DNA of 64,000 bases from contig JBAYTT010000001.1 of the NCBI GenBank assembly GCA_041675485.1, forward strand, positions 8,666-72,665. The letters are read 5' to 3'. Positions 1 to 9,522 of this stretch are shown piece after piece. Position numbers and translations under genes: made by a program. Positions within the stretch are counted from its first letter, which is position 1; each line of letters begins with the position of its first letter. The DNA comes from Pelobacteraceae bacterium. GTDB taxonomy: Bacteria > Desulfobacterota > Desulfuromonadia > Geobacterales > Pseudopelobacteraceae. The notes under the pieces are model-generated. The model ran no database searches and was not told where the DNA came from. It worked only from the letters and a program-made list of their open reading frames with translations.

Positions 1-2219
1 ATCCCCAGATCAAAAGTGGCGGCAGCTTCGGCGGAAAGCTCCAAGAGGTAGTTAGGCGAATCAAGCTTTGTCACAAGAGAAAGGGTACTGCGGGAAGATC
101 CGCTCTCGGAGACGAGTAACTGGTCGGCATAGGGAATGCAGCGGAGCGCCTCACCCGGCGCAAGGCCGCCGCTCTTGTTCTGTGCGCTGTCGCTGATCCG
201 CACCCGAACCGGAGCGTCGCTTGTGATGACTGAGATGTGGGCCGGACGGAAGGAAACCTTTTCGGCAAAGCCGGCCTGGAACGTGAAAACGTCGCTCGCC
301 TGGACATCCGTGGCAAAGATGGCGGCCAGGGCGGTATTGAAATTTCGCCCCTGGGTGGAGCGACGACGCAGATCGTCAAATCCTCTATTGGCATTGTTGG
401 AACCGATGAAATCGAAAGCGAGATCCTCCACCGCTTTGAGCATGGTATCACCGATGAGAACCCGTAAACCCGCTTCGGAGAGGTCGTAGGCCCGATTGGT
501 TACGGTCTGCTTGGTTATGGGAAGCACGTCTGCGGGGAGAGCGCCTGCCGGCGCAGTGGCGACGCTCCAGGCCTGACCGAGAAGTCCGACTGCGGAGTTA
601 ACCAGATCGCTGGGAAAATCTCCGACATAGGGGAGAATCAGGCTGTCGGGTGAGAGTGGGATGCCGTTCTCGCCGACACCGGCGCGGAGAATGAAGCGCC
701 CTTTCATATCGGGGGATTCAAAAACGGTGGCGGTCACCTTGCCGGTCCGTTGGGAAACCAGGCGAAACTTCACCGTTGCGGCAGAACCGGGAAGGATCGT
801 CGCGATCTGCTTGTCCGGCAATTCACCAGACGCAAAGACGACACCGGACAGCGCCCGCTGGTCAAGATGAACAGAGATAAGGTTGGCAACGCTCTTGCCG
901 GTGTTGCTGACAGTGATGAACAGGTCATACGCCTCGCCGCTCCGCACCGTGGCAGGGTGTCCCATGGTGATGGCAAAATCGGGGTTTCGCACCAGCACCG
1001 CGCCGGTTGCCTTCCCTTTGAGGGTGACCGGCCCGATGGGGAGCCCTTCGAGGGTAGCGGTGATCTCGAAGTCGAGCTTGTGAGTCCCCTCCTTGAGTCC
1101 TTCAATGGTGAAGTCGGCCTGTCCCGATTCCGAAGGTTTGAGGCTGCTTATATCGTCCAACGTTCCAGACTTGCCATCGGGGCCGGGATTTAGCGCGGTC
1201 ATCTCGCGCGGGAAGAAGCCGTTTTCCCCCTTGGCCATCCGTAGCGGGTCGTCGTTGGGAGCGGCATCTGTGCCCGGTTCCAGATCCTCACCCAACGGCA
1301 GAATAATTTTAACTTTGACATCCTTGATGATCAGGTCGGATTGCTTCGGAGCGCCATTGGTGATAATCGCAAGCGCACTGAAATACTGGTGGAGGAAACC
1401 TATATTGCCGGGGATGACGATAACACCGGGAATAGACGGCAGGCCGCCACCTATCCCCGCCCCTTCAACATCTCCACCCATATCCATCATGAAGCCGGTA
1501 ATGACAAAGCCGTCCGGAAGGTCCGGTTGGGGAGGGGTATTGAAAAAACCTGGCGGAGCCAAGCCGCCCGCATCAGGTTGCGGGAAAGTTTCGGGATTAA
1601 TCGCGATATCATTTCTGGGAATGATCACCGGCAGAGTGAGCGGCACCAGGCCGCTGCTGGTGGCGATGCCGGCGGTGAACTCGTAGGCGGTGAAATTTGA
1701 GTTATCAAAGGTCACTCCCCGATCCTGCAACTCCTGCACGGTCAGCTGGCGGGTGGTTACGCTGGTAATCAACGGGTCGGGAATGGATTCGATGGCGACC
1801 ACCTGCGGAACGGCGCCGAAGAGGGTGGCACCATTGCCGTCCACAAGGCGAATATTGGAGAGAGTATAACGCCCGGTCAACGCCAGTGTCGGGAGATCAA
1901 AGCCAATTCCCGGCTTTGTCACCAAGGGGACAGGGGTCTGAAAGGCTGGCCCCGACAACTCCGCGCGCACGGTGTAATCCTCAGGAAGCTGGGCAATAAC
2001 ATCCGCAAGATTAAATCCTGCCGCCTCGAAGGATGCGTTTACCTTGCTGGCGATCCCCTTGGGAACGGCCTGATATTCAGGCGAAGCCTTCAACCCGACA
2101 CCGACGATGTTGAAGTCGAAACTGGTCAGGACCGTTTGCCCCGTACCATCTGCCATAGAAAAAACGGCTGTTGTCAGAAGGAATGCTGCCGCGATCACTG
2201 CTCGAATAATCGTTTTCAT
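1..2219 (-). CDS. large secreted protein, N-terminal part (C-terminus lies beyond the window edge)
   Basis: ATG at 2219 with AGGGA upstream. My translation is MKTIIRAVIAAAFLLTTAVFSMADG... (signal peptide), and the frame was open wherever I hand-translated it (roughly 1560-2219 and 3-59); the rest I only read through less carefully. It is absent from the ORF track, which fits no stop lying in the window. No catalytic motif recognised. Confidence 0.6.
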   Translation of the reverse strand, partial: MKTIIRAVIAAAFLLTTAVFSMADGTGQTVLTSFDFNIVGVGLKASPEYQAVPKGIASKVNASFEAAGFNLADVIAQLPEDYTVRAELSGPAFQTPVPLVTKPGIGFDLPTLALTGRYTLSNIRLVDGNGATLFGAVPQVVAIESIPDPLITSVTTRQLTVQELQDRGVTFDNSNFTAYEFTAGIATSSGLVPLTLPVIIPRNDIAINPETFPQPDAGGLAPPGFFNTPPQPDLPDGFVITGFMMDMGGDVEGAGIGGGLPSIPGVIVIPGNIGFLHQYFSALAIITNGAPKQSDLIIKDVKVKIILPLGEDLEPGTDAAPNDDPLRMAKGENGFFPREMTALNPGPDGKSGTLDDISSLKPSESGQADFTIEGLKEGTHKLDFEITATLEGLPIGPVTLKGKATGAVLVRNPDFAITMGHPATVRSGEAYDLFITVSNTGKSVANLISVHLDQRALSGVVFASGELPDKQIATILPGSAATVKFRLVSQRTGKVTATVFESPDMKGRFILRAGVGENGIPLSPDSLILPYVGDFPSDLVNSAVGLLGQAWSVATAPAGALPADVLPITKQTVTNRAYDLSEAGLRVLIGDTMLKAVEDLAFDFIGSNNANRGFDDLRRRSTQGRNFNTALAAIFATDVQASDVFTFQAGFAEKVSFRPAHISVITSDAPVRVRISDSAQNKSGGLAPGEALRCIPYADQLLVSESGSSRSTLSLVTKLDSPNYLLELSAEAAATFDLG

Positions 2220-2373
2220 GGTTATCCCTGCATGGTTAGGTAGTATAAAGGCATCATGATTGATGCCAACGAAAGAAACACCCTTACGAACATCCCGGGC
2301 GTTTTTTCTCGTTTTTTTCAGTTGATGATTGCATCAACGTAGCTCTGTTATTACACCAGGTTCGGGCTCCTTT

Positions 2374-2390
2374 ATCACGTACCGTGCCAA
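2374..2390 (-). promoter_or_regulatory. weak candidate sigma-54 promoter (TGGCACG-N4-GTGAT) upstream of the secreted-protein gene
   Basis: Perfect -24 element TGGCACG on the minus strand (2389..2383), but the -12 element is GTGAT rather than TTGCW. It lies about 155 nt upstream of the ATG at 2219. Confidence 0.25.
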
Positions 2391-2576
2391 GCCACATTAG
2401 CAGCACGCAACATATTGATTTGCATCGATAAGTTAAAATAAATTTTGCTTTGACACTCGTTGTGAAACTCAAAAAACCGCTCCAAGCGACATCGACCGAG
2501 GGTAAACCTAGTTGCAAATCGCTACGCTGACGCAACAATCACTCGCAACATGCTGTTTTATCTGGTAGTGTGGATT

Positions 2577-2661
2577 TGTTGCACTTTGAGACACTTTTTA
2601 CTGAAGCACGATAATATTTCGTTATATCCGGATGTTGCAGTGGTGTTGCATTTTGAGACAC
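2577..2661. promoter_or_regulatory. two direct copies of an 18-nt motif TGTTGCAYTTTGAGACAC (2577-2594 and 2644-2661); possible activator binding sites
   Basis: 17/18 identical copies 67 nt apart, in the divergent intergenic region between the secreted-protein gene and the sigma-54 activator gene. Each has the form TGT-N11-ACA. Confidence 0.35.
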
Positions 2662-2741
2662 TACCGCCGCTCGTCGGTTGTTCATCAAATTTCAGTTATT
2701 AAATCAGGATACATTCCGATGATAGTTCAGGGAGGTTTTCG

Positions 2742-4154
2742 ATGGGGATGGAGGGTAAGCAGACCGTTCTGGTGCTGGACGATGATCAAAGCTTTTTGGA
2801 CGGCATGCGCCGCCTGCTCACTTCAAATAACTACAAGGAAGTCGTAACACTTGATACGAGTAGCGAGCTTTTGGATATTTTGGATCAGCGGGAATTTGCG
2901 GTACTCCTGTTGGACTGGATCATGCCGGGTTTGGGAGGGGAAAAACTGTTGCCGGTTGTTATCGAGCGGTATCCCGATATGCCGGTGATCATTATGACCG
3001 GTATCGATGATGCCCAGCACATCGTAGACTGCATAAAACAGGGAGCTTTCGACTACCTGACAAAATCCATCGACACCACCCGGATCCTCTCCAGCATTGA
3101 CAAAGCCTGCCAATTTAACGAGATATCCCGCCAGAATCGTCAACTCAAAAGATACCTGCTGGGGGAGACACTGCTGACGCCGGAGATCTTCAATGGGATA
3201 GTTACCGTCAATCCTCGTATGCAGGCCATTTTCAAGATCATCGAGACCATGAGCATAAGCAGTAACCCTGTCATGATAACCGGCGAAACCGGGGTGGGGA
3301 AGGAACTGATCGCCCGCGCCATTCACCGGGCCAGCGGGGTGAACGGCGACTTTGTGGCGCTCAATGTGGCCGGACTGGACGACCAGATGTTCACGGATAC
3401 ACTGTTCGGCCACAGGAAGGGGGCCTTCACCGGCGCTCATGAGTCGCGGGAAGGGTTGATCGCGAAGGCCCAGGGAGGAACGCTGTTTCTGGACGAGATC
3501 GGCGATCTCGGGAGCGACTCGCAGGTCAAACTGCTCAGGCTCCTGCAGGAACGGGAATACTACCGGCTCGGCTCCGATGCCCTCATCAAGAGCGACGCCA
3601 GAATCATCACCGCCTCAAATGCCGATTTCAATGCGGTGGTCAGCCAGGGGTTGTTCCGCCGCGACTTGTATCATCGCCTGCGAAGCCATCATATCCATAT
3701 CCCGCCGCTACGGGAGCGGACGGACGACGTCCCGCTGCTTATCGATCATTACCTGCAAAATTCCGCGGTTTCCATGGGGCGTGCCATGCCCTCTCTCACC
3801 AGAGAAGCCCGCGATGCCCTGGTGGCATACCAGTATCCGGGCAACGTGCGGGAACTGATCAACCTCATGCACCATGCTGTTGCCTGCAACAGCCGCGACA
3901 CTCTCACTCTCAAGGATTTTCCGGAGCTCGGTTCCACGTCTCCTCTGAACCGGCAGGATTTCAGTGTCGTCAGGGATAAGCAGTTCCGCATACATGCTAC
4001 TTTTCCCCTGTTCCCCTCGCTAGAGTCGGTCGAGAAACTGCTCATCGGGGAAGCCATGCGGCTCAGCTCGGGAAACAAGTCCATCGCGGCCGATCTCCTC
4101 GGCGTCGCCAGATCCACCCTTCACAGGAAACTTGCCGATGTGGAAACAGAGTGA
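2742..4154 (+). CDS. sigma-54-dependent response regulator (receiver + AAA+ sigma-54 interaction domain + C-terminal HTH; NtrC family)
   Basis: Receiver LVLDDD...LLLDWIMPG; Walker A GETGVGKE; GAFTGA loop (RKGAFTGA); Walker B FLDEIG; C-terminal Fis-like HTH (AADLLGVARSTLHRKL). Confidence 0.95.
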   Translation: MGMEGKQTVLVLDDDQSFLDGMRRLLTSNNYKEVVTLDTSSELLDILDQREFAVLLLDWIMPGLGGEKLLPVVIERYPDMPVIIMTGIDDAQHIVDCIKQGAFDYLTKSIDTTRILSSIDKACQFNEISRQNRQLKRYLLGETLLTPEIFNGIVTVNPRMQAIFKIIETMSISSNPVMITGETGVGKELIARAIHRASGVNGDFVALNVAGLDDQMFTDTLFGHRKGAFTGAHESREGLIAKAQGGTLFLDEIGDLGSDSQVKLLRLLQEREYYRLGSDALIKSDARIITASNADFNAVVSQGLFRRDLYHRLRSHHIHIPPLRERTDDVPLLIDHYLQNSAVSMGRAMPSLTREARDALVAYQYPGNVRELINLMHHAVACNSRDTLTLKDFPELGSTSPLNRQDFSVVRDKQFRIHATFPLFPSLESVEKLLIGEAMRLSSGNKSIAADLLGVARSTLHRKLADVETE

Positions 4155-4188
4155 GGACATAAGTATCAGCCTATAAACGTTAGTTTAA

Positions 4189-4316
4189 CCGCAGAGGGCG
4201 CTGAGGTTCGCAGAGAAAACAATTGGTTATGGGAAAATCTCTATTCTCCAAAAAGGTGGCGGCCTTAAAGCTTAAACCCTTTGATTTTCCTCCGCGTTCC
4301 CCTGCGTCCTCTGCGG
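4189..4316. repeat. 128-bp intergenic element with 27-nt imperfect terminal inverted repeats
   Basis: 4189-4215 CCGCAGAGGGCGCTGAGGTTCGCAGAG matches the reverse complement of 4290-4316 at 21/27 positions. It lies between two convergent genes. Confidence 0.4.
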
Positions 4317-4339
4317 TAACTGCTTTTTTAAGGATCAGT

Positions 4340-5599
4340 CTATTTGTGGGGAGAGGAATCCGACCATGCCCGCAGGGTCCGGACCCGCTCGACTGCGGGG
4401 GGATGGGAATAGTAAAAGGCCGCATAAAGGGGGTGCGGGAAGAGGTTGGAGAGATTCTCGGCCGACATCTTGACCAGAGCCGAGGCCAGATCTTCCGGCC
4501 TTCCGGTAAGGTCCGAGGCATAGCGGTCTGCCTCCCGTTCATGGCAGCGCGAGCGCCAGACAGAAAACGGCCCGAGCGGGAAAAGAGCCAGCGAGGCGAC
4601 AAAGCCGAGTACCACCATTTTAGCCGGAAGAGAGATGTCGGCAGGCAACCCCAACAGCCCAGGCAAACCGGGCCAGGCCAACAGTTTGAAACCGAGCCAC
4701 GACCCCGCCAATGCCAGTACCTCGGCCCAGAGCAACCGTTTCCAGATATGCCCTTTTTTCCAATGCCCGATCTCATGGGCCAGGACGGCCACGATCTCTC
4801 CATGACTCATCTGCTTGATCAGGGTGTCATACAGCACGATGCGCTTGACCCTGCCGATACCGGTAAAGTAGGCGTTGGAGTGCCTGCTTCTCTTTGATGC
4901 ATCCATCTGCTGCACCTTGCCCACCTTCAGCCCCGCCTTTTCCATCATCACCCGAATGTCATCTTCAAGCCCTTCCTCGGTGACCGGCTCGTATTTGTTG
5001 AAGAGCGGTTCGATCACGTATGGGGAGATGAACATCATGAACAGGCTGAAAGCCGCCATGAAGCCCCACACCCAGAGCCACCACTGCTGGGGGCTCCAGT
5101 TGATCAGCCAGAAGACTACGGCTATCAGGAAGGAGAGCAGAACAGCGCCGATTCCCTGCGACTTGAGGAAATCCAGAATCCAGATGCGTGGTGTCGTGGT
5201 GTTGAAGCCGTAGCGGGCTTCGACACGAAAAGTTCCGTACAGGTCAAACGGGATGCCGAGCAGGGTCGAGACCCAGCTCAGCAGCAGGAAAAAAAGGATG
5301 GCCGATATGATCGGCGAGGCGGTTATCGAACTGACGAGGCCGTCGTAGGTTGCAATCAGGCCGCCAAACAGGAATATGATCAGCAGGGCATTATCGAAGA
5401 GTGAATCCCACAACCCGAGACGACTGGAATCAAAGGTATAGGCTGAGCTGCGGCGCAATTTCTCCTCGTCGATGGCGTCTTCAAAACCTTCCGGCACCTT
5501 TTCCCCATGCATTTTCAGGTACTGCAGATTAATGTGGCGCAGCCAGTACGTGAAAGCGGTGATGCCGGCAAATACGCAGAACAGCGAAAGTTTCATCAT
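4340..5599 (-). CDS. M48 family zinc metalloprotease (Ste24/HtpX-like), integral membrane
   Basis: HEIGHWKKGH zinc motif and multiple TM helices. Start moved to MMKLSLF (5599), which has an AGGA RBS; the ORF-track extension to 5698 overlaps the neighbouring gene. Confidence 0.9.
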   Translation of the reverse strand: MMKLSLFCVFAGITAFTYWLRHINLQYLKMHGEKVPEGFEDAIDEEKLRRSSAYTFDSSRLGLWDSLFDNALLIIFLFGGLIATYDGLVSSITASPIISAILFFLLLSWVSTLLGIPFDLYGTFRVEARYGFNTTTPRIWILDFLKSQGIGAVLLSFLIAVVFWLINWSPQQWWLWVWGFMAAFSLFMMFISPYVIEPLFNKYEPVTEEGLEDDIRVMMEKAGLKVGKVQQMDASKRSRHSNAYFTGIGRVKRIVLYDTLIKQMSHGEIVAVLAHEIGHWKKGHIWKRLLWAEVLALAGSWLGFKLLAWPGLPGLLGLPADISLPAKMVVLGFVASLALFPLGPFSVWRSRCHEREADRYASDLTGRPEDLASALVKMSAENLSNLFPHPLYAAFYYSHPPAVERVRTLRAWSDSSPHK

Positions 5600-5667
5600 C
5601 GGTACATCCTTGTAAAAAACAAGGGCGAAGCATCCCTCGCCCTGAAAATAAGTAGTGGCATGTCTCG

Positions 5668-6321
5668 TTACAGCAGCTTTACCACTTCCCTGACACACGT
5701 GTCGATCCCCTCGTGAACCTCGGAGATCCGGTTGGCCAGCATGTAGGCCGGAGAGGTAACCAGCTTGTTCTTCCGGTCAACCACAAATTCAGTCACCGGA
5801 CAGTCCTGATGCTTTGCTCCGGTTTTCTCAATCTCGGCGGCGGTATCGGCCTCGTTGCCGATCGTCACGGTCGGTGAATATTCCTTGCCCAGTACTGCCG
5901 CGATGAACGCGGGCGCAATACAGACCGCTCCGATCGGCTTTCCGGCAGCCGCCATCTCCTTCAGCAATCGGGCAACGTCGGGATTGACAGTGGCTGCGGC
6001 GCCCTTCTGGGCGAAATTGCACAGATTCTTTGCCGCGCCAAAACCGCCCGGAAACATTATAGCATCCAGCTCGGCGGCCGTGACCTCCCTGACGTCGCGA
6101 ATAGCGCCACGGGCGATACGTGCCGATTCCTCCAGCACATTACGTTTTTCACCGGTCTCCTGCGTGGTCAGATGATTTATCACGGAAAGATCCACATTAG
6201 GGGCCATGCAAACCGCTTCGCACCCCTGACGGTCAATCGCCAGCAAGGTTAAGACCGCTTCCTGAATTTCGCTACCGTCATATACGCCACACCCTGATAA
6301 CACTACACCGATCTTCTTCAT
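5668..6321 (-). CDS. elbB: ElbB-like DJ-1/PfpI (class I glutamine amidotransferase-like) protein
   Basis: MKKIGVVLSGCGVYDGSEIQEAVLTLLAIDRQG...PGGFGAAKNL...TSPAYM is collinear with E. coli ElbB. GGAGG RBS before the ATG at 6321. Confidence 0.85.
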   Translation of the reverse strand: MKKIGVVLSGCGVYDGSEIQEAVLTLLAIDRQGCEAVCMAPNVDLSVINHLTTQETGEKRNVLEESARIARGAIRDVREVTAAELDAIMFPGGFGAAKNLCNFAQKGAAATVNPDVARLLKEMAAAGKPIGAVCIAPAFIAAVLGKEYSPTVTIGNEADTAAEIEKTGAKHQDCPVTEFVVDRKNKLVTSPAYMLANRISEVHEGIDTCVREVVKLL

Positions 6322-6541
6322 TTCCGTTCCTCCCCATGGATTAGAATCAGACAACCCCTTACAAGTGTGCCACAACTTGAACAGAAGACAAACATGATTT
6401 CAGCTTTCAGATCATCAGGGTAGGGTAAGGGTCATTTCAAGGGATTTTGGAGCGAAACGGCAACCATGGCGGCCTTGCGGCGAAGGATCACAATATGAGA
6501 ATCAGGACGACGGCTGTTTTCAGCAGATCGACCATGGCAGG

Positions 6542-6928
6542 TCAGGTCGCTCCGGCTTTTCGGTTGAGAGAATTGAAAACCATGTCAAGAACACTCTTCT
6601 GGCGGGCTTCAAACTTGTTCAGCACGGCCAGGCATGTGCCCATCGGACAGATATCATGTAAAAAATCGGCATCCCGGCCCGAGAGTATGACAATCCGGTT
6701 CTTGTCCATCCCCGCGCTCACCGCAAATTTGAGGAGCTTGAGTCCATCCATCGCCGGCATCTCAAGATCGATCAGCATCAGATCATAGTTGCCTGTTTTA
6801 ATGGAGTGGAGCGCCGCCATCGGATTATTGCAGATATCTACCTGAAGCAGCGGAAAATTATCAGCAATGTACGCAGCCAGAAAGCGCGTAAAGGCCGGAT
6901 CGTCATCAATTAGCAGTATTCTTCCCAT
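6542..6928 (-). CDS. single-domain response regulator (CheY-like receiver)
   Basis: ILLIDDD...LMLIDLEMPAMDGLKLL receiver signature; 128 aa. Confidence 0.9.
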   Translation of the reverse strand: MGRILLIDDDPAFTRFLAAYIADNFPLLQVDICNNPMAALHSIKTGNYDLMLIDLEMPAMDGLKLLKFAVSAGMDKNRIVILSGRDADFLHDICPMGTCLAVLNKFEARQKSVLDMVFNSLNRKAGAT

Positions 6929-6986
6929 AGTTTTTTACTATAACGTATTCGGCGGGGAGGGGAAATAAAAATGATGTCAATGAGGA

Positions 6987-7925
6987 CTACTTTATGAGGC
7001 GGGTTGCGCTGCGCAGTACCGAAAACGGCACTTCAATGCCTATATCACGGGCCTGGCGCATATTGATAACCAAGTCGATCCGTTGGGGTTTTATCAAGGG
7101 GAGAAACTCTGTCTTTGCCCCCTCCAGTATCCGCACCGCCATTTCCGCTGCCAGATAGCCCTGCTCCTGAGGGCTGATTTCAAGCGACACGATGGCACCT
7201 TTTTGAGCGGCATCCGGCATGGTGGAAGCAATCGGAATTCTGACCGCTTTTGACCGGGCTATGATTCGCTCAAACTGCTGGCCTAAAAGCCCCCCTTCGG
7301 TAACAACCACGGCTTCACATTTTTCAAGCAACCTGTTCAGCTCGGAGTCCAGGGAAGCCATTGAGGAGACGCTCCCTTCCAGTACGGTGATCCCAAGCTT
7401 CGCGGCATTTTTTTTCACATCCTCCAGTTGCTGTTGCGAACCGAACTCGCGCGGCGCATAGAGCACGCCAAGGCGCTTGTAGGGACGAATTCCATGCAGC
7501 GTCTTGATCAAGGTCGCCATCGATACCCGCGAACTGACACCGCAGATCCCCTTGAGCGGTTGTTCTGAGGCAAATACATCGACGGAGACGACCGGTATTC
7601 CGGAGACCTCACGCACTGCGGTCAATGAGGCCGGAGCTCCGTAGGTGACGATCAGGTCGGGACGGGAGGCGTTTAACTTGCGAACTTCCGCACTCCAGGA
7701 AAGCGGGTCGGAATTGGGGGTACGAAGCAAGATCTCTGTGGAAGGGGACGTATATCCTTCAGCCGCAATCGATTTGACAAATGCACGATGCGCCTCACGG
7801 TAGCGGGGTTGGTCACTGCTCATGATGACGGCAATTGTGGTGACCGGCGAGCACACGGGAACCGCCACCGGCATGATGGTACATACAATCAAAATTATTG
7901 TGAGTATGCAGCGCTTCATGGCCAT
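6987..7925 (-). CDS. periplasmic ABC-transporter-type substrate-binding-like protein (ABC_sub_bind family)
   Basis: N-terminal signal/TM segment and a pattern typical of the family (IAVIMSSDQPRY...PDLIVTYGAPASL...IPVVSVDV). Confidence 0.7.
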   Translation of the reverse strand: MAMKRCILTIILIVCTIMPVAVPVCSPVTTIAVIMSSDQPRYREAHRAFVKSIAAEGYTSPSTEILLRTPNSDPLSWSAEVRKLNASRPDLIVTYGAPASLTAVREVSGIPVVSVDVFASEQPLKGICGVSSRVSMATLIKTLHGIRPYKRLGVLYAPREFGSQQQLEDVKKNAAKLGITVLEGSVSSMASLDSELNRLLEKCEAVVVTEGGLLGQQFERIIARSKAVRIPIASTMPDAAQKGAIVSLEISPQEQGYLAAEMAVRILEGAKTEFLPLIKPQRIDLVINMRQARDIGIEVPFSVLRSATRLIK

Positions 7926-8036
7926 CTCACCAACAAACCGGTAACACCGGTGCTCTCGCCGCTGAATGATCGAGAGGAATATCTATCGAACCCAAAATCC
8001 CGTACAGCAAAAAAATGCAGTATTCATGCCGTGAAA

Positions 8037-8489
8037 TTAAAAAAGGTATTTTGAACGATTGGTGAAGGAACTCCGCTGGTGGTAAATAAAGCCGGAAAGC
8101 AACAGGATCGCCACAATGACGCTTACATTACTGGCGAGCAGCCCCGCGGAATCAACCTTTTCGCCAACAATTTTCTCCAGTTCAGAGGTGGTAATGGCCA
8201 GCAGGTTTGTCAGTGTATTCACCACTTCGAAAGCGTTGTAACCGAGAAGCAAATACCACGTCATGGTCTGTTTCTTCATAACCCCCAGGAAGAGGTAAAG
8301 GCAGATCAGGCTGTCAATGAAAACCAGTACGCCAGCGGTGGTACCGTGATAGATGGTGCCGAAAAAGGGGAGCGGGTGTCCGTAGCTTGAGACAGTCACC
8401 AAAAGGAAGAACAGATACAGCCCGCCCAGCAGGGTCATCCCCAATGGCCTGCGCAGTTCCTGCTCGTTATGAATGTCGCTGTCTTCCAT
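8037..8489 (-). CDS. hypothetical integral membrane protein (about 4 TM)
   Basis: 150-aa ORF with four hydrophobic stretches, same strand as the upstream operon. Confidence 0.6.
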   Translation of the reverse strand: MEDSDIHNEQELRRPLGMTLLGGLYLFFLLVTVSSYGHPLPFFGTIYHGTTAGVLVFIDSLICLYLFLGVMKKQTMTWYLLLGYNAFEVVNTLTNLLAITTSELEKIVGEKVDSAGLLASNVSVIVAILLLSGFIYHQRSSFTNRSKYLF

Positions 8490-8509
8490 GCGCTATCCCC
8501 GCTGAAACA

Positions 8510-8614
8510 TCACGATTTTTTTGATTTGCGCATATCACTGATGGCAACACAGACAAATATAACCACCAGAATAAATCCGCAGAAAATCCAGTCCGCCATA
8601 CTGAAACCGAACAT
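8510..8614 (-). CDS. possible 34-aa membrane micro-protein
   Basis: AGGAG then 7 nt then ATG at 8614. Translation MFGFSMADWIFCGFILVVIFVCVAISDMRKSKKS (one TM helix plus a basic tail). Too short for the ORF track. Confidence 0.35.
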   Translation of the reverse strand: MFGFSMADWIFCGFILVVIFVCVAISDMRKSKKS

Positions 8615-8616
8615 GG

Positions 8617-9522
8617 TCAACTCCTCTTGAAAGCTTCTGCCGCTTCAGCCATCCTGCCACTCTCCTGATAGCAGGTTCCGAGCAGATAGTATACCTCATT
8701 CATGGGAAACTGTTCGGCAAAAATCGGGTCGGCCAGCACATCGTTTATGATCTCGGCAGCTTCGTCGCTGCTGCCACTGTGATGTCGCTCGACAGCGACC
8801 GAGAGTGCCGTGAGATAATCAAGTGGCGGCACCATGGGAATCCTGCCTGCCACTATCCCGGAGACACGTGCTTCGACCCGTGCCCGTTCACCCGGCTCCA
8901 GGAGAGTGATCAGGCTGTTCCATATTTCAGCTGCCTGTTCGTAGCGCCCCAACATGTAGAGGGCTTCACCATACTCGTATGAAGCATGCACATCACCGGA
9001 CTTAAGACTCAGCGCCCTCTTCAGCTGCTTTTCGGCAGCATACCAGCACGTCACGGCGAACTGCATACTGGACAAACGGGACCCCTTGTCAACATAGGCT
9101 CTGGCTATTTCCAGCGGAAGAGCGGCATTGTCAGGGTCGAGCAGTGCCATGATCTTGAGAAAATTGATCTTGCGATCAAGGTATGGAGCGTCAACTTCCT
9201 TTGCTTCGAGCATGATGATCTGTCCGCCAAGCTCTGAGACGATATGCGGGTATGCATCTTTCATCACGGCGGCGTACGCGGCTGCGCCGGCACAGTCGGG
9301 ATTGAGCCGCAGGGCCTGATACATGCCGCGCCCCACCATATCATAATCCGGGACTGCTCCCGCTTCCAAAGAGGCATAATCCTCTTCCAGCAACGGAATG
9401 GGGGGCCTGCCTTCCCATTGAACAGCCACCAGGCCGTCCCTGCCGCTCAACAGGTAGTCGTCCGGCGGGGTGAAATACATGATCCCGTCCAATGGCGTTG
9501 GTTGTATCTGCTTGTGACTCAT
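8617..9522 (-). CDS. TPR-repeat protein
   Basis: Repeated A/Y/L-rich 34-aa helical pairs (YEYGEALYMLGRYEQAAEIW, YYLLGTCYQESGRMAEAAEAF). Start set at MSHKQ (9522), which forms an ATGA overlap with the upstream stop. Confidence 0.75.
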   Translation of the reverse strand: MSHKQIQPTPLDGIMYFTPPDDYLLSGRDGLVAVQWEGRPPIPLLEEDYASLEAGAVPDYDMVGRGMYQALRLNPDCAGAAAYAAVMKDAYPHIVSELGGQIIMLEAKEVDAPYLDRKINFLKIMALLDPDNAALPLEIARAYVDKGSRLSSMQFAVTCWYAAEKQLKRALSLKSGDVHASYEYGEALYMLGRYEQAAEIWNSLITLLEPGERARVEARVSGIVAGRIPMVPPLDYLTALSVAVERHHSGSSDEAAEIINDVLADPIFAEQFPMNEVYYLLGTCYQESGRMAEAAEAFKRS

